A stretch of DNA of 13,783 nt from Bacteriovoracia bacterium (lineage in GTDB: Bacteria; Bdellovibrionota; Bacteriovoracia; Bacteriovoracales; Bacteriovoracaceae). The DNA is taken from positions 4,557-18,339 of the forward strand of contig JBKHVI010000049.1 of NCBI GenBank assembly GCA_046570105.1, in the 5' to 3' direction. The notes under the pieces are model-generated. The model was not told the origin of the DNA. It saw nothing but the letters and a program-made list of their open reading frames with translations, and did not search any database. Shown here piece by piece: positions 7,265 to 13,783 of this stretch (positions are counted from its first letter, which is position 1; each line of letters starts with the position of its first letter). The position numbers and the translations under genes are program-made.

Positions 7265-8365
7265 ATGAAATTCATGCTTTACCTCTCTCTTCTAGCTCTC
7301 TCACTACCTCTTTGGGCCAAACGCGAGTTGATTCTCAGGGCCAGCGATGTAGATGGTTTTCCAGCGAGACCCTTGTGCTTTATTTCCAATAACAAAATGA
7401 GCACGCATCAAGGTGTGCTTTTGGTGAAGTACACCTGCCTGGACGGGGAAGATGTCTCTAGTGAATTGTGGCTGATGGATAAAACACCTAAACGACTCTT
7501 GCAAAGCGAGAGCGGGAATCTTTTAAGTGATCCTACTTCGAGTGGCGAAGATATATTTATTGTCGAGTTCAATGAGGGAGGCAGCGCCCATCTTTGGCAA
7601 TTAGGTCTTCAGGTGGTCGCTCACAAAATCCCGTTCGAGATTCAATTTATTCACGATCTCGTAAGCATCGGAGTTGAGCAACTCAAAATGCGCACGACTT
7701 CTATTGATGGACTTGTCCTGCAGTGGAGTTGGCATAAAGGTGTGTGGAAGAAAGCAGCAGACAGGGGAGTGAGTTATTATTTTTCTCCAGGGCATTCGCC
7801 AGAACTCATTCTGCAAAAACAGCGTTTGGGCCTTGAGGGTGAATGGGATGAATCACAACCTGATATAATTTCATTGGCACTGGCACCAGATTTTAATCCG
7901 GTGGTGGTGGCCCAAGATCGTGACAGTGATCCTTCTTCAAAATTCTTGGGCTTTTCGAATTTCAGTATTGTGAATGGTAATCGCTGGCTAGCGATTGCTC
8001 GCACAGAAGAGGGTGATGTCGCCTTAATAGGTGAGAGAGATAAGTTTCACACTCGCTCTCTTTCGGAGCATTTTCGCTCACTTGATTTTTGGCAACCGGC
8101 ATTGACCAGTGATGGCCGCGTGGTTGTTCGCGCTACCACCCACGCCGGTGATTATGGCCTATGGATTTTAGAGGATCAGCCTCGTGCACTCTTAAGAATG
8201 GGGGACACTCTGATGACTGATCAGGGACTTGCCCGAGTCGGGAAAATACTCTTCTATAACGCTCCTCTGGTTATGGGTGAGAAGGTCTATATTGGAGTTG
8301 GACTTGAGGAGTTTAGTTGGGGAACCAGTTTGGGCCAAGGGATAGTCGCACTTTCCATTGATTAA
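7265..8365 (+). CDS. Secreted hypothetical protein, beta-rich (possible beta-propeller)
   Basis: 366-aa ORF with signal peptide MKFMLYLSLLALSLPLWA. Recurrent segments (LLSDPTSSGEDIFIV, FWQPALTSDGRVVV, FYNAPLVMGEKVYIG) resemble propeller blades. No family recognised. Confidence 0.75.
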   Translation: MKFMLYLSLLALSLPLWAKRELILRASDVDGFPARPLCFISNNKMSTHQGVLLVKYTCLDGEDVSSELWLMDKTPKRLLQSESGNLLSDPTSSGEDIFIVEFNEGGSAHLWQLGLQVVAHKIPFEIQFIHDLVSIGVEQLKMRTTSIDGLVLQWSWHKGVWKKAADRGVSYYFSPGHSPELILQKQRLGLEGEWDESQPDIISLALAPDFNPVVVAQDRDSDPSSKFLGFSNFSIVNGNRWLAIARTEEGDVALIGERDKFHTRSLSEHFRSLDFWQPALTSDGRVVVRATTHAGDYGLWILEDQPRALLRMGDTLMTDQGLARVGKILFYNAPLVMGEKVYIGVGLEEFSWGTSLGQGIVALSID

Positions 8366-8470
8366 CGCGTCGCAGTATTCACAAAAACTGACTGTGAGAC
8401 TTTCTCACTGGCATGAAACGCCAATGAGACTTAACATTTTCACATGAACTCCAAGGACGGAGAAAATTTT

Positions 8471-9301
8471 GTGCTGGCCCAAGGATGGGCACTGCTCGTG
8501 GGACTGTGTCTTAGTTTCACTACGTTTGCCTCAACCTGTCAGTCCAATCGCCCCCTCATCATCGGCTACACTTATCAACTCGATTGGATCACCCGATTTC
8601 GCGTGAAAAATTCCGCGCGCGAGATGAACTATGAAGTGGAGTTCAAGGATCTTCGAACTGAGCAATGGGAAAAAGAGCTCGCACAAATTGACGCTTTAAT
8701 TGTTCCAGGTGGAGCAGATATTCATCCAGGGCTATTCACCACTCACAACCTCACTCCAGCGATGAAGCAACAGATTGAAGATCATCGCAAATTTTATAAA
8801 GCGAGCGATGAGGGTAAAGAGCGTGATCCGTTTGAGTATCAAGTTTTTCAAAAATATTTCAGAGATGAGAAATTTAAAACACTGCCTGCTTTGGGCATTT
8901 GTCGTGGCATGCAGATGATGGCGGTGGCACAAGGGGTGCCGCTAGTCCAAGACCTCAAGGCCGAGTTAGGAATTGAGAATCGTAATTATAGTTTTGATAC
9001 CATTCAGGTGACGGATAAAAATAGTATTGTCGCCGAGATGTTTCCTAAGGGAGAAGCCAGTGGCCTAAAGATCCACCATCAGAATCCCTCGCTTAAGTTT
9101 TTTCAAGAGAGTAAACATCGTGATCTCAAGGTGACCGCAATTTCGCAGGGTCAATTAACTGAAGCGATTGAATCTCTTTCGCGTCCTGCTATCGGTCTTC
9201 AGATTCATCCAGAAAAATCTTTTCCATCAGTAAAACATAGTGTCTTTAAATGGCTTCTCTCTCATGCCTGTGAGAGAGTTCAGCAAGGGGAAATTAAATG
9301 A
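8471..9301 (+). CDS. Peptidase C26 / gamma-glutamyl-gamma-aminobutyrate hydrolase family (class I glutamine amidotransferase fold) with signal peptide
   Basis: DALIVPGGADIHP, ERDPFE, LGICRGMQ (nucleophile Cys), QIHPE (His-Glu). GTG 8471 follows GGAG; alternative ATG at 8444. N-terminus GWALLVGLCLSFTTFA is hydrophobic. Confidence 0.88.
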   Translation: MLAQGWALLVGLCLSFTTFASTCQSNRPLIIGYTYQLDWITRFRVKNSAREMNYEVEFKDLRTEQWEKELAQIDALIVPGGADIHPGLFTTHNLTPAMKQQIEDHRKFYKASDEGKERDPFEYQVFQKYFRDEKFKTLPALGICRGMQMMAVAQGVPLVQDLKAELGIENRNYSFDTIQVTDKNSIVAEMFPKGEASGLKIHHQNPSLKFFQESKHRDLKVTAISQGQLTEAIESLSRPAIGLQIHPEKSFPSVKHSVFKWLLSHACERVQQGEIK

Positions 9302-10641
9302 AACAAATATTCTTACTCGCGATGCTCATGTTCGCCGCTCATTCTTGGGCCAACATGCACCTGGCACCACCAGACTTTAATACGGATACTGGTCGGGCGG
9401 TCTTTATTGATATGACTGATGCCCATCATGACATTGTCTTTGATGGCTTCAAGCGCCGAGCGATAGCAACAACTACCATTAAGTTCATTCAAAAAAATGA
9501 AGGTATGCCGATCTTTGATTTGGTACCTGTACCTAGCTCAGTTCAGATTGACGGAGAAGAGGTAGAACAACGTCTCACTTCATTGCCTGATAATGCTTCC
9601 AGAGTGCGTGTCGTTCAAAAAGTTCTTCCGCCAGGGGAGTACACACTCACTGTGGTGAATCGAATTAAAGAAAATGTCCGCTTCTCATTGTTTAGAAATG
9701 TCAGCGCTGCTTTTTGGATTCGTGATTTAAAGTCACGCATGTTCTGGGAACAATACCTTCCAGTGAACCTTGAATTCGATCAGCATTCACGTAGCATGGA
9801 TATTCAATTCAAAGGGCGCAAATTTCATAATCAAGTGATCCACGCGAATGGCACAGTCACAAAGACTGGCGACAACCAATGGCGAATTGAATACCCAGCT
9901 TGGTACACCGTTTCTGCTCCTTATTTTCACACCATGAGAAAGGGTGCTCGTCGCACTAAGTACTTCACCATGAAGTCAATCGATGGCCGCGACATTCCCG
10001 CGACGGTTTACACTTTCTTTCCTTGGAGCGTGAATAAATACGCTGAAGAGATGAAGCGCGTGTTTGTTGAATTAGAAAATGATTACGGTCCATGGCCCCA
10101 TGATGTCTCGATTGCTTATGGAGCAGGTTTTGGAGGTATGGAGCATGCTGGAGCGACAATGACGTCATTCGCAGCTCTTGATCACGAAATGCTTCATTCG
10201 TATTTTGCAAAAGGTGTGATGCCGATTAATGGCAACTCTGGATGGATTGATGAAGCTATTGCCAGCTGGCGTGACAACGGTTATTTCCGCTCAAGCGTCC
10301 CAGGCGCTCCCGCCAATCTCGCTGGCCGTGGTGACTACGCTCGTAACACCAACTCTCAGGCCTATGAATATGGCCGCAACTTCTTGGGCTATTTAGATTT
10401 TCTTATGCAAGACAAAGGCGGATTGAAGCCTTTCCTTCGTGGCTATTTCCAGGCCTATAAATACACGCTGGTGAGTACTGAGCACTTCATTAACAATTTG
10501 GAATTCTTCTCTGGACTAGAATTGAAGCAGCTCTTTATTGATAACGTTTACACACCGACACCTGGTCGCAAATCACAACAGCACGATGTGAATCCAATGC
10601 ACCCAGAAGTCTCGCGCGCTAAACTGCGCTCGCTCCTTTAA
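9298..10641 (+). CDS. Secreted M1-family (gluzincin) aminopeptidase
   Basis: Signal peptide MKQIFLLAMLMFAAHSWA; GGMEH exopeptidase motif; HEMLH-x18-E zinc motif; ATGA overlap with the upstream gene. Confidence 0.88.
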   Translation: MKQIFLLAMLMFAAHSWANMHLAPPDFNTDTGRAVFIDMTDAHHDIVFDGFKRRAIATTTIKFIQKNEGMPIFDLVPVPSSVQIDGEEVEQRLTSLPDNASRVRVVQKVLPPGEYTLTVVNRIKENVRFSLFRNVSAAFWIRDLKSRMFWEQYLPVNLEFDQHSRSMDIQFKGRKFHNQVIHANGTVTKTGDNQWRIEYPAWYTVSAPYFHTMRKGARRTKYFTMKSIDGRDIPATVYTFFPWSVNKYAEEMKRVFVELENDYGPWPHDVSIAYGAGFGGMEHAGATMTSFAALDHEMLHSYFAKGVMPINGNSGWIDEAIASWRDNGYFRSSVPGAPANLAGRGDYARNTNSQAYEYGRNFLGYLDFLMQDKGGLKPFLRGYFQAYKYTLVSTEHFINNLEFFSGLELKQLFIDNVYTPTPGRKSQQHDVNPMHPEVSRAKLRSLL

Positions 10642-10651
10642 TAATTCTTTT

Positions 10652-10676
10652 GGGCCCACTTCGGTGGGCCTTGTTT
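10652..10676 (+). terminator. Rho-independent terminator
   Basis: GGCCCAC-TTCG-GTGGGCC (cUUCGg tetraloop) followed by TTGTTT, about 10 nt after the peptidase stop. Confidence 0.8.
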
Positions 10677-10686
10677 AAGGTTGAAC

Positions 10687-11394
10687 GTGAGTAAAGCGCC
10701 CGTCTATTCACCCATCATTTTGCAAGAGGCCCGCGAGTTTTCGCTCTTAACGGCGATTAGAGATCTATTTGCCATTAAAAATGATATGGCGGCGATCATG
10801 CGCTTTAATCAATTTCTCACCAGCACCAAGAGCAATCCATTCTTCAAACAAGTCGCCGTTCTAGAAAGATTTCTCGCTGATGAAGAGCGCGTAAAACATG
10901 CCACCACGGTCGCTTTCATCAGTCATTTGCTCGCTACCAAATCGGGTTATAAAACTGATCGTGATCTCAAGACTCTGTTTCTAGCGAGCTTTTTTCATGA
11001 TGTCGGTCTATTTGATTTATTGCCACATCTGAAAGATGAAAATGAAGCAGATATTGCGACACAAGATTTAGAAAAATATTTCCTTCATCCGCAACGTTCA
11101 GTTGAAATCCTAGCTCCTATTGGTGTTTTTACCAACGATGCCCTCAATGCAGTGAGACAGCATCATATGCGTGTCATCGGAATCTCGTTCCCCTATAAGT
11201 TTAAAACAGAAACGCTAAGTCCATTTGGTCAATATATTGGGCTGGCAGAAAAAATACTGCAGCTTTTGAAGCATAATCGTCCGCTCAATGGCAATGATAT
11301 GCAAAAGATCAAAAAAATTATTGTCTTTAAAGTCTTTCCCTCATTTAATTCCAAAATAACGGCCGAATTGATGCCGACGTTCTCAATCACTTAA
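10687..11394 (+). CDS. HD-domain protein, degenerate HD-GYP-like
   Basis: KHATTVA, ASFFHDVG, HPQRSVEIL and QHHMRVIGISFP (cf. HHERxDGxGYP). GTG 10687 follows AAGG; TTG 10681 is an alternative. Confidence 0.75.
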   Translation: MSKAPVYSPIILQEAREFSLLTAIRDLFAIKNDMAAIMRFNQFLTSTKSNPFFKQVAVLERFLADEERVKHATTVAFISHLLATKSGYKTDRDLKTLFLASFFHDVGLFDLLPHLKDENEADIATQDLEKYFLHPQRSVEILAPIGVFTNDALNAVRQHHMRVIGISFPYKFKTETLSPFGQYIGLAEKILQLLKHNRPLNGNDMQKIKKIIVFKVFPSFNSKITAELMPTFSIT

Positions 11395-11404
11395 AGGTTA
11401 CAAT

Positions 11405-12169
11405 ATGAAAACTGCTATTCTTATCACCGGTGCTGGCACTGGAATCGGTCGCGCCATGGCGCTCACACTTTCTCAAAAATTACCGGAGACCACGCTTATT
11501 TTGGCCGGCAGAAATCTCACTAATCTTGAGAAAACCCAAAGTGCTCTCAAAACAAATGCTCTATGTGTCTCGATGGATGTGACAGACAACAAAAGTATTC
11601 AAGCAGCAAAAAAACAAATCACCCAGAGTGGTCTCACCCTCAGTGCGCTGGTTATGAACGCCGGTGTTGGTGGTGAAAATAATTACGGCAAGGATGATCG
11701 TTGGGACGATATTCTTGCCACCAATCTCACCGGCCCTTATCAAGTCACCCAAGAGTTTCTTCCGCTCCTGCGTGCCAATAAATCAGCTTTTAAAAACATT
11801 GTTTTCACTTCATCCATTCTCGCGCGTCTTGGTGTGCCTCGTTACAGCGCCTATTGCGCTTCTAAAGCGGGAGTCTTGGGGCTCATGCGCTCTCTTGCGG
11901 CCGAGCTTGCCAGTGAAAAAATTCTCGTCAATGCCATTTGTCCGGGATGGGTGGATACCGACATGGCCCAACAGGGACTCAAGGGAATTTCAGAGGCGAT
12001 GGGTAAGTCGATGGCCGATACCACGCGAGAACAAATGAGCATGGTTCCCTTGCAAAAAATGAGTCGACCTGAAGAGATCGCCGAGTTGGTTTATTTCCTC
12101 GTCGGTGGGGTGCAAACCTCGATTACCGGCCAAAGCTTAGATATCAACAATGGTGCCTTGATGCCTTAA
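11405..12169 (+). CDS. Short-chain dehydrogenase/reductase (classical SDR, FabG-like)
   Basis: ITGAGTGIG, MDVTD, NAG, SS, YCASK, NAICPGWVDTDM, ITGQSLDINNG. Confidence 0.95.
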   Translation: MKTAILITGAGTGIGRAMALTLSQKLPETTLILAGRNLTNLEKTQSALKTNALCVSMDVTDNKSIQAAKKQITQSGLTLSALVMNAGVGGENNYGKDDRWDDILATNLTGPYQVTQEFLPLLRANKSAFKNIVFTSSILARLGVPRYSAYCASKAGVLGLMRSLAAELASEKILVNAICPGWVDTDMAQQGLKGISEAMGKSMADTTREQMSMVPLQKMSRPEEIAELVYFLVGGVQTSITGQSLDINNGALMP

Positions 12170-12291
12170 AGTTGCGGGTTAAGATTAGTGATTGGAAAAA
12201 ATTTCCAAAGAGCGGTTAAAAACTTCTAACGCAGGTTTAGTAGTCTTAGTTATTCTTAGTATTTAAGTATAAAATAAGTTTCTGTCAGTTT

Positions 12292-12324
12292 GCATAGATC
12301 ACCTCCCCAAGGGAGGTTCTATGC
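12292..12324 (+). promoter_or_regulatory. RBS/start-codon-sequestering hairpin of the putative toxin mRNA
   Basis: GCATAGA-tc-ACCTCCC-caa-GGGAGGT-TCTATGC: two 7-bp Watson-Crick helices separated by a 2-nt bulge, covering SD GGGAGG and ATG 12321. Confidence 0.7.
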
Positions 12325-12575
12325 TTTTTTCGATTGAGAAATGGGTTTTTACACGACATGCTTATCAGCGGATGCTCGAGCGCAATGTAAGCGAATACGA
12401 GATCGCACAAATCATCCGACAAAACGAAGTCATCATCATGCAGGGTGAGAAATATATTTTGGCGAATCGTTTCGACTCACGCAGTGATAATATGATTGCG
12501 ATTGTTATGCTTTCAGGTTTTCGCGATGAGTGGATTATATTAACTGTTATGATTAATTTTAAGGTGAACTCATGA
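12321..12575 (+). CDS. DUF4258-family protein, putative RelE/BrnT-like toxin
   Basis: FTRHAYQRMLERNVSEYEIAQII (HAxxRMxER signature) and C-terminal WIILTVM; strong SD; ATGA overlap with the next gene. Confidence 0.8.
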   Translation: MLFSIEKWVFTRHAYQRMLERNVSEYEIAQIIRQNEVIIMQGEKYILANRFDSRSDNMIAIVMLSGFRDEWIILTVMINFKVNS

Positions 12576-12766
12576 CCTATCCACAGGTTTATTTTGATGC
12601 CCGTCATGACCTTTTATCAGTCAAACTAGTCGCCGGAGTTGAGGCCAAATCATACCTTAAAGATGGTCACTTATTTTCGGAAGATGCAGAGGGTAGGATC
12701 ATTGAGATTCAAATTCTCAATCTGGCCCAATATTGCTCTCAATCTGAAGGCCCACCAGGGGCCTAA
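12572..12766 (+). CDS. DUF2283-family protein, putative antitoxin
   Basis: QVYFDARHDLLSVKL...EDAEGRIIEIQILN matches the YDxxxDxLYI...DxxGxIxGIEI pattern; 64 aa; translationally coupled to the DUF4258 gene. Confidence 0.8.
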   Translation: MTYPQVYFDARHDLLSVKLVAGVEAKSYLKDGHLFSEDAEGRIIEIQILNLAQYCSQSEGPPGA

Positions 12767-12852
12767 CTGACTGATTTAAGGTTCTAACAAAGCGATACCT
12801 TTTTACCCGCTCCCTAGGAACGTATCAGGCCTTGGGGTAGATTCGTTCTCCT

Positions 12853-13783
12853 ATGAAATGGCTTTTAGTTTTGTTGCTGGGGCTTCACGCTGTTGCCTTC
12901 GCTCAACCACTCACGACTAACACGCCTTATGATCTCACATCGACACTAGGTGCACCCATCAGCGTGCCCGTGCGCTTTGATCTCACCGGCCGTGTTTCAT
13001 TTAAATTTTCTGCCGATGCTGCCACTTCTTTTCCACTGCAATTCCATGGCGCTTGGGAGTGGCAGCGCTACGAATTTATTCCCGCAGTCTATGGCATGAA
13101 CGAAGATTGGGTGGAAGCACCCAGTGATCTTGTACGTCTACAAGTGAAGCGTCACCGAGTCGAAGGTGGAGCAGGAGTGGGAAGCGCTGTTAAGTTGCTG
13201 TCGGATACTTTAGGTTTATCAGTCGCGCTGGTGCCATACAAAGGCGCAAGCTTTGAAACACGCGCTTTCAAAAAGCCCACCCGTGGATGGTACTCATTAC
13301 CTCATGAGCGCACTGATTGGGATGAATGGTCAGTGGGTGAGGGGCGAGATTACCAAGTGTATGGTGGCATTACATTTTCAGTCGGTGCGGCCTTTTATGG
13401 TGTTTCACTGGCACAAGCTCAGGCCACCAAACAGTCACGCTGGTTTCTCTCACTGGATAAAGTGTCTGATCAGTACATGCGCTTGCGTATCCGCATGGAT
13501 AATTGGAAAAAAGTGGGAACGACAATTGGTCCCATCGTCGCCAGTTGGGAAGCGGCACTTTTAAAATATTTTGATCATGAGCGCTCTTACTTGGTGGATA
13601 TGCATAACCCAGAGGCCTACGCTGCCGTCTTGGCGCTTTTCAAGGGACGTCTCGATGAATTGCAGACGGCGTCTGCCGTCCAAGAAGAAGAATCTGAGCG
13701 CATGTGGCAGGGCACTTATCATGCGCGCTATTTGGGTATTCCCTTTATCTATGGCCAGAGTACGGCTCGCGTTCGTTTGGAAG
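12853..13783 (+). CDS. Secreted hypothetical protein, 3'-truncated by window (not in ORF track)
   Basis: Manual translation is open from ATG 12853 to the window end (about 310 codons): MKWLLVLLLGLHAVAFA|QPLTTNTPYDL...WDEWSVGEGRDYQVYGGITFSVG...NPEAYAAVLALFKGRL. Clear signal peptide. Confidence 0.85.
   Translation, partial: MKWLLVLLLGLHAVAFAQPLTTNTPYDLTSTLGAPISVPVRFDLTGRVSFKFSADAATSFPLQFHGAWEWQRYEFIPAVYGMNEDWVEAPSDLVRLQVKRHRVEGGAGVGSAVKLLSDTLGLSVALVPYKGASFETRAFKKPTRGWYSLPHERTDWDEWSVGEGRDYQVYGGITFSVGAAFYGVSLAQAQATKQSRWFLSLDKVSDQYMRLRIRMDNWKKVGTTIGPIVASWEAALLKYFDHERSYLVDMHNPEAYAAVLALFKGRLDELQTASAVQEEESERMWQGTYHARYLGIPFIYGQSTARVRLE

Noticed and set aside
8409..8423. Sigma54 promoter at TGGCATGAAACGC
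   Set aside because: GG-to-GC spacing is 8 nt rather than the required 10.
12297..12306. 16S rRNA fragment (GATCACCTCC)
   Set aside because: Only 10 nt match and the flanks are not rRNA-like; better explained as an anti-SD arm.
12748..12764. Hairpin AGGCCC-ACCAG-GGGCCT as TA terminator
   Set aside because: Lies inside the antitoxin coding end and lacks a U-tract.
12175..12810. IS/MITE-like terminal inverted repeats around the TA pair (GCGGGTTAA / TTACCCGC)
   Set aside because: Too short and imperfect, no target-site duplication, no transposase.
12761..12850. Integron attC site after the TA pair (GCCTAAC fits RYYYAAC and contains the stop)
   Set aside because: No complementary GTTRRRY or L boxes downstream, and no integrase or other cassettes in the window.
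13253..13564. 103-aa ORF and other short nested or antisense ORFs in the track (e.g. 719-976, 2101-2343, 4474-4770, 6609-6917, 11664-12038)
   Set aside because: All lie within longer, motif-supported genes in other frames and show no recognisable motifs.
1..13783. CRISPR array, tRNA, prophage or transposase
   Set aside because: No regularly spaced repeats, cloverleaf or mobile-element proteins seen; nearly all sequence is accounted for by CDSs.

Overview
Compact bacterial chromosomal window with many signal-peptide hydrolases and hypothetical proteins. The gene style suggests a predatory Bdellovibrionota/Bacteriovoracia genome; this is inference, not verified. Gene order: 5'-truncated penicillin/AHL-acylase family Ntn hydrolase; 39-aa Lys-rich ORF (-); YceI protein; heme A synthase CtaA (-); MntP; threonine ammonia-lyase; 53-aa Cys-rich lipoprotein (-); group II truncated hemoglobin; DUF1704/QEGLA metallopeptidase (-); secreted hypothetical; secreted C26 amidohydrolase coupled to an M1 aminopeptidase; degenerate HD-GYP-like protein; SDR; DUF4258/DUF2283 putative toxin-antitoxin pair; 3'-truncated secreted hypothetical. 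No rRNA, tRNA, CRISPR or transposase was seen. The most notable signals are absent from the ORF track: the two small genes (a ribosomal/nucleoid-like basic peptide and a metallothionein-like lipoprotein), a 14-bp hairpin burying the toxin RBS and start codon, a sigma28-like promoter with a probably leaderless transcript, and tandem TGA-N6-TCA boxes before the globin. No complete novel multi-gene system can be proven from sequence alone.
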